Shown here: positions 32,665-42,800 of the stretch, piece after piece
How positions within the stretch are numbered: position 1 is the first letter of the stretch
Layout of the letters: the number at the start of each line of letters is the position of its first letter
Source: an uncultured delta proteobacterium
GTDB lineage: Bacteria; Desulfobacterota; Desulfuromonadia; Geobacterales; DSM-12255
Reading direction: 5' to 3'
Assembly (NCBI GenBank): GCA_963787125.1
Contig: CAWBBV010000006.1
Span: 128,001 to 192,000, forward strand
Length of the DNA stretch: 64,000 bases
Program-made: the position numbers and the translations under genes
The notes under the pieces: generated by a model
Seen by the model: the letters and a program-made list of their open reading frames with translations, nothing else
The model's database searches: none
What the model was told of the DNA's origin: nothing

Positions 32665-32677
32665 CAACATACTGATA
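32665..32677 (-). promoter_or_regulatory. Candidate IHF binding site
   Basis: Minus strand TATCAGTATGTTG fits WATCAR-N4-TTR, between the candidate enhancer and the sigma54 motif. Confidence 0.5.
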
Positions 32678-32703
32678 TAGCAGCACTTTTTACTATTATC
32701 GCA

Positions 32704-32720
32704 TTGGCACGGTTACTGCT
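32704..32720 (+). promoter_or_regulatory. Sigma54 (-24/-12) promoter of the DUF11 operon
   Basis: TTGGCACGGTTACTGCT (GG-N10-GC) downstream of a sigma54 activator gene. Confidence 0.8.
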
Positions 32721-32723
32721 CTC

Positions 32724-32933
32724 ATGAAAGCTATGGACAAGCCAACCAAAACATCAAGCAACGACCTGGCGCTTCACTTGTGTGTCTATGCCGTCATGCC
32801 TTTTATGGACTGTTACTGCCAGAAAATCACCGGCAGCTCTATCCCTAAAATAGCTAAATTCTGCATGACAGGTAATAGTGACTGCCCGGTTTTCGAGAAA
32901 ATAGTTGCCAAAAAAGTCAGGCAGGCGGCGTAA
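32724..32933 (+). CDS. Small Cys-rich hypothetical protein (start may be 32733)
   Basis: Five cysteines, C-x9-CYC-x14-C-x6-CP, directly after the promoter. Confidence 0.55.
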   Translation: MKAMDKPTKTSSNDLALHLCVYAVMPFMDCYCQKITGSSIPKIAKFCMTGNSDCPVFEKIVAKKVRQAA

Positions 32934-33043
32934 GAACTGACGATCTTTCAACCCCTCCACGGGGGTACAAAAGATCATCATTTTCAGCCGAGCGACCTCT
33001 TGATTTCTTGGCAGCTCAATTAACTAATTAGAAGGAGCAGCAG

Positions 33044-33154
33044 ATGGAAGGATACAGAATTTCAAATAAAAACAGACTGAACCAGCGTCACCCCCCCGTC
33101 CCCGGAGGTGGCGGGAGGCCGCCGAGCTGTGCCGGAGATGCTGCTCGCCGGTAG
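33044..33154 (+). CDS. 36-aa leader ORF MEGYRISNKNRLNQRHPPVPGGGGRPPSCAGDAARR
   Basis: Strong GAAGGAG RBS at 33031-33037; manual translation; below the ORF-track size cutoff. Confidence 0.5.
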   Translation: MEGYRISNKNRLNQRHPPVPGGGGRPPSCAGDAARR

Positions 33155-33227
33155 CAAGATGCACATAATCAATTTGATTGCGGGTAAATATACTTTAAGT
33201 AAAGAAACAGTATGAAGGAGACAAAAT

Positions 33228-33728
33228 ATGAACAAAAATTTCGGAAAAATTCTTTCAATATTTGTAGCGCTTACCCTTTTGGCTCTACCGCTGGCAGCCT
33301 GGGCAGAACCGAAGGTCGCCATCTCCGTCAAGGCGGAAAAAGAGGTTACGGTTACGGTGAAAGGTAAAGCAGTTAAAAAGAAGATTGTGGCCAAAGGTTT
33401 TCTGCCTGGAGAAGAGATTATCTACACTCTGAGCTATGTCAATTCAGGAACTGAGCCGGCTAAAGATGTATTCATCACCGATCCGATACCGGCAGGCACC
33501 AGCTTCATCCCCGGCAGCGCCAGCGATGCAGACAAGGCGACTTTTTCGATCAACAACGGCAAAAGCTACAGTAAACCGACTCTGTTGACCTACGAGATCA
33601 AGTCTGCTGATGGAAAATTTCAGAAAAAAGTAGCAGCGCCTGAAGAGTATACCGACATCCGCTGGACGATCCCATCTGTCCCGGCAGGCGGGAAGGGTTC
33701 AGTCAATTTCAGGGTAAAAGTGAAGTAA
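33228..33728 (+). CDS. Single-domain secreted DUF11-like protein (putative chaperone)
   Basis: Signal peptide ending AWA, PGEEIIYTLSYVNSG, ITDPIPAG, ends GSVNFRVKVK. Confidence 0.85.
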   Translation: MNKNFGKILSIFVALTLLALPLAAWAEPKVAISVKAEKEVTVTVKGKAVKKKIVAKGFLPGEEIIYTLSYVNSGTEPAKDVFITDPIPAGTSFIPGSASDADKATFSINNGKSYSKPTLLTYEIKSADGKFQKKVAAPEEYTDIRWTIPSVPAGGKGSVNFRVKVK

Positions 33729-33777
33729 TCACCATTAAAAGAAACAGTACCGATGAAAGGAGACTCTTATGAACTGT

Positions 33778-33861
33778 AGAAGCAGAGCCAGACCGCCGAC
33801 GAATACTTCAGGCATCGGATCGACAACGGAGAAAAGAAGCAGGGCGCGACCACCGACGAAT
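33778..33861 (+). repeat. 27-bp direct repeat encoding RSRARPPTN twice
   Basis: 33778-33804 vs 33835-33861: four differences, all synonymous. Confidence 0.85.
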
Positions 33862-33942
33862 TTGCAGGAACGAGGATCACCGATGAACAGAAACCATGAA
33901 ACATACACAGACAGTACAAAGAAAATCACAAAGGAGAACGTC

Positions 33943-35436
33943 ATGAGAAGCACACAAAGCAGTTTTCTTCACAAGCAGCGAGCCCTGCTGGGCCTCCTGG
34001 CACTGGCAGCAACAGCTGTTGTCGGCATGCCGGTCAGCGCCTCAGCCAGCTCGACCGCAGGCACGACCATCATGAACCACGTCACCGTCAACTACAAGGA
34101 TGCCGGCGGGTTCAACACCTACAACGCCGACGCCACCACCATCGTCACCGTCAACCTGGTTATGGCGCCTCTCACCCTCAGCGCTGCACCAGTAGGCAAC
34201 GCAGCACCCGGAGCTCTTTCCTGCACATCCATCGCCACCAACTACGCATCCGGCAGCACGATCAATTTCCTCTATGCTATGAGAGCAAATGCCAACGGTG
34301 CTGACACCACCGGCGGCGGCACCAAGCTCTCCATGGCGAACACGCCGGCCAACACCAACAACGTCACGGTCAACTACTCAACCCTTGACTACACGGGGGG
34401 GAGCCCGGTTGCAAATCCGGCAACCCGGATTTTCGGCGCTGCCATTCCGACCGCCGTCCTCAGCGAAACACAACTGCAGTTCCCGGGCGGCGCCCTGTCA
34501 GGCTTTGCAGTCAATGACCTCGTTGCCGTGCCCACATCTGCCGGCGTAAGAGTCTACCTGGTAACCGCTGTCAGCGTCGGAGCAGCACCGGTATACAGCC
34601 ATACCGGCAATACCACCTATACCGACGTCGGCACTTTTGTAGGCGGCGCTAATCACGTCGAAACCAAGGGAACTCTGACCCTTGGCGCCTGGGCTACCCA
34701 GTCGATCACCCTGAACGGATCCGCCACAAGCTTCGGCGGCACCCCGGCTCCGACCCTTGCCACTGGCAACACGTTAACCCCCAATACCCCGATCGGCGAA
34801 ATGGTACTTGTCAAGGTTGACGTCTCAGCCAACAACAGCAACCTGCTCGCCGGAACCGTCGACTTCACCCTGACCACGACCGACAGCGCAAGCGGCAACC
34901 CCGCAACTGCTCCATGTACTGCCGGCACGTTCCAGGCGCCGACGCTCAGTATCAAGAAAGAGGCCAGCAACTTCACTGCAGCACCCGGTACTTTTGGTGC
35001 AACCGCAACCGGTAACCCCGGCCAGATCCTCGAATACCGCGTGACCGTCACCAATGCCGGTGGTCAGGCAAGCCTGGTAAATGTCTCCGATGCAGTGCCG
35101 TCATATACCTCCCTGGTTACCGGGTTAACGTACGGCACCGGCGCAGGGACGATCTTCGCAAAAGTAACTGACAATGCTGCACGAACCGTCGAACTGACCA
35201 CAACCGTCGATTCGGAAACACAGCCGGTCGGCAACAAGCTGTCCTACGGCGATGCTGCCGGGACAGCTGCACTCTCTGCGTTGAAATTCTGGATGGGAGA
35301 CACCGCAACCAACGCAGCAGGCGGTAAGCTCCCCTACTGCAGCTCCGGCGCTTTCACCACTTCAGCAACCTGCACCGGCGGTGGCGGAACCTGGATAACA
35401 ACCCTGACGATCCTCTACCAGGTAAAAATAGACTAA
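33943..35436 (+). CDS. Secreted DUF11-like fibre subunit 1 (alternative in-frame start at 33769)
   Basis: AAGGAG RBS, signal peptide ending ASA, N-terminal AGTTIMNHVTVNY, C-terminal LSIKK...PGQILEYRVTVTN...VSDAVP...ILYQVKID. Confidence 0.85.
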   Translation: MRSTQSSFLHKQRALLGLLALAATAVVGMPVSASASSTAGTTIMNHVTVNYKDAGGFNTYNADATTIVTVNLVMAPLTLSAAPVGNAAPGALSCTSIATNYASGSTINFLYAMRANANGADTTGGGTKLSMANTPANTNNVTVNYSTLDYTGGSPVANPATRIFGAAIPTAVLSETQLQFPGGALSGFAVNDLVAVPTSAGVRVYLVTAVSVGAAPVYSHTGNTTYTDVGTFVGGANHVETKGTLTLGAWATQSITLNGSATSFGGTPAPTLATGNTLTPNTPIGEMVLVKVDVSANNSNLLAGTVDFTLTTTDSASGNPATAPCTAGTFQAPTLSIKKEASNFTAAPGTFGATATGNPGQILEYRVTVTNAGGQASLVNVSDAVPSYTSLVTGLTYGTGAGTIFAKVTDNAARTVELTTTVDSETQPVGNKLSYGDAAGTAALSALKFWMGDTATNAAGGKLPYCSSGAFTTSATCTGGGGTWITTLTILYQVKID

Positions 35437-35449
35437 ACAGACCATCAGC

Positions 35450-35473
35450 CCCGCCCCTATAAAAAGGGGCGGG
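35450..35473 (+). other. GC-rich hairpin without a U tract between the two subunit genes
   Basis: CCCGCCCCT-ATAAAA-AGGGGCGGG, perfect 9-bp stem. Confidence 0.6.
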
Positions 35474-35492
35474 CAGCAAAAGGAGAAGACAG

Positions 35493-36770
35493 ATGAAAAA
35501 GTCGATGCAAATATTAATAACTGCGCTGTTCCTGTCGATTATGACACTTTCAGCGAGCACCGTTCTGGCGTATACAACTGCGTCCAACACCCAGATCATA
35601 AACACTGCAACGCTTAACTTTACCGGCGGCACGGCAACAGCCAGCGTCGTTGTAACTGTTGGCCTGATTCCGTCTGCGCCGGCACTCGCCATCACTAATG
35701 GCACTTCCGCCTATACTGCCGCCAACACTCCAGCCATTATTGACAGCCTCTCAATCACCTCCAGCGCCAACGGCCCGGCGCAATACACTGTCAGTGCTCT
35801 GGCAAGCGCAGTTGCCAACTCTAATCTGGCACTCAACTCAGCGATAACTGTTGCGCTGCCAAATCCGATCACCATCGGCGCAACCATCACTAATGCCAGC
35901 ACCACATGGGGAACCCTTAAAGTCCCTTCCGACGGCACTGCCGACTCAATAGTCAACAATATCCAGCTCAACTCCTGGATCACCTTTAACGTCGGCACCG
36001 GCAACATTACCAGACAGGTACTTTCTGTAACTGACCCTGGCACAACAGGGACTGCAACCATAACCTTTGTCACAGCCGGTGGAGATCCTGCCACAGTCCC
36101 GGCCGGTACGCCAATCTATGAGAAGGTTTTTGTAAATCTCACGGTTGTTCCCGGAACAGTCGCTACCCCCGGAACTCCGATCGACGTGACCGTAACTGCA
36201 ACAGTTGCAACACCAGGCGTAGCAGTCAGCCCAACGATTACAAATGGTGCACCCAACCATTGGACAACCCCCCCTGCCGGCGTAACAATCGACAAATATG
36301 TGCGTAACGCCACAACTGATGCGTCTACTTTTTTCATAGCACCAGGAGTAGCGCCGTCACCATACAGCACCACTATTAACGGGGCAACCCACAACTACTA
36401 CAGAAGTACTTCTACCTCCGGTGTCAGTGCCAAACCGGGTGAAGTTCTCGAATACCTCGTTGAAGCTACCAATACAAGCGGCCCACCATCTGCAGTCCCT
36501 GCCATGGATATTGCCGGCTGTTTCATCACCGACGCACTCCAGACAACCTATGTCACTCTTACCCTCGGCCAAATGTCCGGCGGCAAAGACCTCTGGTACA
36601 TTCCACCTGCTGGCGGAGTTGGCGCTAACTACAACATAGCCGATCTCGGCTCTTTTGTGTCGCCGACACTCTCCGTGAACGTTGGCAACGGCGCCGGGGC
36701 AGGAGCAGCTACAGGAACCATTCCGGCCGGAAAGAAAGTCTCGATTCTTTACCGTGTAACCGTGCTCTAA
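35493..36770 (+). CDS. Secreted DUF11-like fibre subunit 2
   Basis: Signal peptide ending VLA, N-terminal SNTQIINTATLNF, C-terminal TIDKY...PGEVLEY...ITDAL...ILYRVTVL. Confidence 0.85.
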   Translation: MKKSMQILITALFLSIMTLSASTVLAYTTASNTQIINTATLNFTGGTATASVVVTVGLIPSAPALAITNGTSAYTAANTPAIIDSLSITSSANGPAQYTVSALASAVANSNLALNSAITVALPNPITIGATITNASTTWGTLKVPSDGTADSIVNNIQLNSWITFNVGTGNITRQVLSVTDPGTTGTATITFVTAGGDPATVPAGTPIYEKVFVNLTVVPGTVATPGTPIDVTVTATVATPGVAVSPTITNGAPNHWTTPPAGVTIDKYVRNATTDASTFFIAPGVAPSPYSTTINGATHNYYRSTSTSGVSAKPGEVLEYLVEATNTSGPPSAVPAMDIAGCFITDALQTTYVTLTLGQMSGGKDLWYIPPAGGVGANYNIADLGSFVSPTLSVNVGNGAGAGAATGTIPAGKKVSILYRVTVL

Positions 36771-36804
36771 AAAGAGTTTTTTCAAGTAAAGGAAAGTCAA
36801 CAAC

Positions 36805-39800
36805 GTGCTTATAACCCGGACTCAAAATTTCTGTAGCAGGATCAGCGGCTCATTCGCCGCTGCCCTCCCCCGTATATCGGGTGGCAACGACGCAACTGCG
36901 CCTCGCCATGCTACAGAGGTTCGTCCGGTTCATTCGCACGGCAATAACACCATGAAGTGGCTCTGGACGGCGCTCTTCCTCATCTGCCTCGCGCCGTTCC
37001 AGGCCATTGGAGCAAGTAATAACACCCAGATCGTAAACAGAGCACAGCTCAATTCTGACGCCCCTGCAGCAATCGCAACCAATGTGGTAACGCTGCAGAC
37101 GGGCCGCACAGCCTCAACAGTAGAATTCCTCAAATATGCGCCCGGGGTTGCAGGCACCGTCAACACTCACGTCGGCAACAGCTATTACAAGGACTCTTCC
37201 GCTGCATTTACTCCGGTAAATAACCCGGTTGCGGTCGGTACAGGCACCCCCATAGACCTGTCAGCCCCTGTGCCACTTATGAAAACAACCATGTATCACG
37301 CCGGTGAACCGCTTTTTGTCAAGGTAACCGACCTGGATCAAAACCTGGATAGAACCGTCGCGGAGACCGTTCTGGTAACCCTCACAGACAAAACCACCGG
37401 AGACACCGAAGTTCTCAGAATCACTGAAACCGGCCCCGATACGGGCATCTTTATCGGCTACATCCAGACAGCATCTACCGCTGCTAACGGCGCCGGCAAC
37501 GGAGTGCTGACTGTTTCCGAGTCAAGTTCCATCGATGCTCATTATGTCGATACCGTTGACGGCACGGACAGCTCCGCTGACGCAGCGCTTGTAGACCCGT
37601 TCGGGATACTCTTTGACACCATGACCGGCAATCCGGTTGACGGCGCAACGATAGAACTTTTGAACGCCGACGGCACAGCTGCCACTGTTTATGGTGACAA
37701 CGGCCAACCAACCAACAGCTATCCGAACAAGGTAATATCCGGCAGCACGGCAAAAGACGCCGAAGGCAACACCTACACCTTCACTCCGGGTGGCTACAGA
37801 TTCCCCTACGTAAATCCGGGGAGCTACATCCTGAAGGTAACTCCGACCAATAACTACAGCTCCCCTTCAACAGCCACTACCCAGTCCATCCAGGTGCTGC
37901 CGGGCGCTCCTTATGTCATCCTTGAGCCGGGTTCACGGGGTGAAACCTTTACCGTACCTGCCGGCCCGGCCATACGGGTTGATATTCCGCAGGACCCAAA
38001 AATCGGCACTCTCTGGCTCACCAAAAGTCCCGGCAAAGGTATCATCTCCGCCGGAGAGCGCCTTAACTACGACCTTACTCTCGAAAACAACTCTGCCGTG
38101 GGAACAATTTTTTCTCCGGTGATTACCGATATACTTCCACCAGGCTTCCGCTATGAAAAGGGCTCTACCAGAATCAACGGCACCGCTGCCCCTGACCCAT
38201 CAATCTCGCCGGACGGCAGCAGCATGACTTTTGCTCTCGCCACTATCCCGCCAGCAACTACCATCACACTCCGCTATGTGGTTGGTATCGGCGCCGGCGC
38301 CAAAACCGGTACAGCAACAAACATCGCTTTTGTCAATGCCGCCGCGGCGGTGAAATCCAATATTGCCAAAGCTGCGGTTCTTGTCCAGGAACCGTTCATG
38401 CAGAGCCGCAACATTATTATGGGGCGGGTTTCAGTAGGCGTTTGCGGTGACAACGGTGATGACAACAAAAAAGGGATGGCAGACATCGGCATCTATCTTG
38501 AGGATGGTACTTTTGTCATGTCCGACAGGTTCGGCATGTTCCACTTTGAAGGGGTACAATCCGGCTCGCACGTTGTCCAGTTGGACCTGGACTCTATCCC
38601 TGAAGGGTACAAAATCCTGCCATGTGAGCAGAACAGCCGCTTCGCAGGTCGCGCTTACTCCCAATTCGTTGATCTGCAGGGTGGGACAATGTGGCGCACA
38701 GACTTCTATCTTGGCAAAGATCTGCTCACACAACCTACGGCAGTTGCGTCAACAGAAAAAAGCACAGCAGCAGGCAGGGGTGCTGAAGCGCAGCCTGCCA
38801 CTGAGGTTGCCACTCAGATTGCTTCTGTAGAGAAGAGCTCGGCAGCAGATTCAAAGCTGGCCGCAGCCAGCGTTAAAGGTTCTGACACTGCCACGCCGGT
38901 AAATTACAAAGGTGAGATTAGTCTGGAGATGATCAGCAGCCAGAGCGGAGACTTCATCGATTACCGTATTCCGCTACAGACAGCAACAGTGCCGTTAACC
39001 AATCTACGCCTCACGGTTACGCTGCCGGCGGGAGCCATTTATGTCAAAGGGAGCAGCAGTCTTGACAGCGCTGCACTCACCGACCCCACAGTCATTGCCG
39101 GCAGAATCCTCGCCTACCAGCTCGGCGCTACCGGCGCCGACTCGCAGCAAGAGCTCCGTTTCCGGGTAACTATCGACCGGAAAGCCAGGGGTGGCGAACT
39201 GCAGACAAAAGCCGGCCTTACTTTTGACAGCCCGGCGACCAAAGACATTACGGCGCCCGCTGTAGACAATCTTCTTTCTCTCGTTAAAGAAGAAGGCCGG
39301 CTGGCACTGCCGAAAATAGTTATCCGGCCTCAATTCCCGACCTTTGGCGCCGAATTGAGTGAGGAAGATCGCAAGCAGCTTGATGAGCTTGCCCAGATGC
39401 TCGCTCGCTTTAAAATTGACCACATTGACGTAGTCGGTCATACAGATATAGTCAGGATCGCACCACGCAGCCGTAACATTTACGCTGACAATACCGCCCT
39501 CTCCTTTGCCAGAGCAAAAAGCGTCGGCCGTTACCTGACCGCAGCTCTCCATCTTCCACCCGAAAGCCTCAACCTGAGCGGCAGCGGCGAAAGAGAGCCG
39601 ATTGCGACCAACAAAACCGCTGAAGGCCGGACCCTGAATCGGCGTGTAGAGGTTAATGTCTCGGCAGCGCAAACTATCGAAACTTCCAGACTCACGATTA
39701 CCAAGGAAAGAAGTGGGCTGAAAAAACAGGATACCACCGGCGTAACTATGAAGCAGACCGGTGAAGAGCTGAACAACCTCTCCCCGCTGCAGCCGAAATA

Positions 39801-42800
39801 TGAAACCATGGTTGTGCAGCCAGCGTCCAATGCCACAGAAACCGTCATTGCTGCCGGGAATTCAGCCTCAGCAGCCCCACTGCAGCAGGTTGCCCGGCAG
39901 GAAAAGATGGCAAAGCAGGAAACAACCAGCACACAGAAAAACACCTCTGCTTTAATCCCTGCAAAAAGTGAAGAACACGTTGCACTGTTCTCGGCCATCA
40001 ATGAAGGGGTTGTGCACTACCGGCTCAAACTGGTCAACATTAAAGAGCCGCTGAAAAATGTTACCGCGACCCTGATAACACCAAAGAGCTTCCTCTACGT
40101 GACCGGCACCAGTAAGCTTGCCGGGCTCTCTATAGCCGATCCGGCCTCAACTGAAGCGGTAGTCAGCTACAGTTTCACCCAGCTGCAGGATGCGAAGACG
40201 TTTGACGTTACTCTCCAGGCACTGATTGACGGCGATGACAGAAATGAAGCGCTTGGCAGCAGTGTCACGGTTGTCATAGCAGACAAAGATGGCAAGCCTC
40301 TGAAAACCTACACAGCTACAGCTGAACTCTCTGACAACATGGAGGATATCAATAAGCAGGATATTCCGGTCACAGCGCCTGTAAATGCGGCTGCAGCGGA
40401 GAATAACGAGAAAGAACCCGGCATTAAAACCAATGAGCAGCTTTACGAGTATATCGAGAAAGTCGCTTTAAAAACAAAGGACGCAAAAACAGATGCAGCA
40501 GTTACTGATAGCGGGCTCCATGTAAAAGAGATGGAGGGGATCCTTTCACCGGCTGACACCTCTATTCTCGCTACCAGGATCAACGCGGTCAGGATTGTTC
40601 TGAACTCTGCCTTGACTCCGGTTTTAACCGTTGACGGCAAAGAGGTTTCCGCCGAACGGATCGGTTTCAGCATGAAGGATAAAGAGTCCGGCAAATCCCT
40701 TTATACCTATATCGGCGTTGATTTTGGTGAGGAGGGGGAACATCTTCTTCAGCTTAAAGGGGTGGACGGCTTCAATGTTGCCCGGTTTGACAAAACCGCT
40801 AAAATCACCAGAACCGGCGAGATTGCCTCAATCAGGCTTGTTTCTGCCGAAAATAACATTGCTGACGGTAAAACCCCGGTCCGGGTCAGAGTCCAGCTGT
40901 TTGACAAACTGGATAAACCTGTCCCGGCAAACGCCGAACTTTCTATCAAGGGTGGTGATCTGAAGGTTATCACTATTGGCGAAAGCTATTCCAGAACAGC
41001 CGGCAACGCCACGGTAACTGTTGCTGAAGATGGCTGGATCAGCTTTGCACCGGTCACTTCCAGCGGTCTATACCGGACACACCTCGCCTACAACAAAGCT
41101 GAGATTGACATCGAGACCTACGTCAAACCGAAGATGCGTGACTGGATTCTCGTTGGTTTGGCTGAAGGCACTGCCGGTTATAACACTGTCTCCGGCCATA
41201 TGGAAAACCTGAAAAACTCGGGTGAGGAAGACCATCTTTACGACAAAGAGCGGCTGGCGCTGTATGCCAAAGGGACGGTCAAGGGTGAATGGCTCATGAC
41301 CATGGCTTATGACAGCGCCAAGAAAAACACCGGCGTCGTCGGAAACGGGCTCTTTCAGACCATCGACCCTAACTCCTACTACACTATCTATGGCGACTCT
41401 TCAGCACAGATGTACGATTCTGCCAGCCAGAGGAAACTTTACTTAAAGATCGAACGTGAGCAGTTCTATGCCATGTTCGGCGATTACGATACGGGTCTGA
41501 CCTTTACCGAACTATCACGTTACAGCCGCAGAATGAACGGCGTCAAATCGGAATACCGCTCAAAAAATTACGACGTTACGGTTTTCGGCAGTGAAACCGG
41601 CCAGTCATTTGTCAAGGATGAGCTCCGCGGCGACGGCACTTCCGGTCTGTATCGGCTCAGCAAACAAGGGATTGTCCTTAATTCCGAGAAGATCACTATC
41701 GAGTCCAGGGATAGATTCCATAGTGAAGTTATCACCGAGACCAGACAGATGAACCGTTTTGTCGACTACAGCATTGATTACGACACCGGCGCCATTTTCT
41801 TCAAGAGTCCGGTTCCGAACAGAGACGAGAAACTTAACCCGGTTTACATTATTGTCGATTACGAGATCCTGAATGCAGGTAAAGATGCCTTAACCTACGG
41901 TGGCCATGCAGCCACCAGACTGATGAACGGCAAGCTGCAAGTCGGCGGCACCTATGTCCATGAAGGCCACATCAGCGGTTCAGGCAATTTATATGGTGCG
42001 GATGCAACAGCCATTCTGGCGCCAGGGACAAAGGCAAGAGCCGAGTTTGCCGCCACAAATGACGATACCGGTGTCAAGAAGAGCGGCAATGCATATCTGG
42101 CAGAAGTTGTTCATACCGGGAAATCGATTGATGGCAAGGTCTACTTCAGGGAGCAGGAAGAGGGCTTCGGCCTTGGCCAGCAGAAAGCCAGCGAAGGGGG
42201 CACCCGTAAATTTGGCGTCGAAGCCGCTTACAGGCTGAACAATAAAGTTACGTTGAATTCCCAGGGGTATCGGCAGTACAACCTGTCTACCGGCGCAGTC
42301 AGGGACTTTGCAGAAACGCTTGCCTCCTACAATGAAAAACAGTACACCTTGAGAACCGGAATCCGCTATGCAAACGACACCCTCCCTGACGGCACCAATG
42401 CAACATCAGTTCTGGCAACTGCCGGCGGCAGCTGGAAATCTGCCGATCAAAAATTGACCCTGCGTGCCGACCATGACCAGGCTCTTTTCAGTAAAAATAT
42501 CAACACTGACTTCCCTACCAGAAGCGTTCTCGGCGTTGATTACCAGGCAACAAAAGCTGTCACGCTCTTCGCCCAGGAAGAGCTTACCTACGGCGCCGCC
42601 GCCAATACCAACACCACCAGAGTCGGAGTTAAATCTACCCCCTGGAGCGGCGGCACCGTTAACTCTTCAGTTGTGAATGACATACGGGAAAATGGTGAAA
42701 GAACTTTTGCCAATGTAGGTTTAACCCAGAAATGGCAGCTCAACCCGCACTGGGCTGTAGATGGTGGTCTGGATCACAGTGAAACCATCCATAAAAAGAT

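Noticed and set aside
33091..33097. C7 tract fusing the 33044 uORF to the 33228 gene
   Set aside because: Both the +1 and -1 variants hit stop codons before 33228.
32934..33227. Cyclic-dinucleotide (GEMM-I) riboswitch in the operon leader, plausible for this lineage
   Set aside because: The GGCAAA...GAAA...GACGCAAA core was not found by eye here or in the other operon spacers; an Infernal/Rfam scan would be decisive.
33778..33861. CRISPR mini-array (27-bp repeats with a 30-bp spacer)
   Set aside because: Only two copies, not palindromic, no cas genes, and the differences follow codon degeneracy.
36843..36862. Hairpin CAGCGGC-TCATTC-GCCGCTG upstream of the likely start of the OmpA/barrel gene
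   Set aside because: A 7-bp stem with no U tract or recognisable motif is too weak to assign a function.
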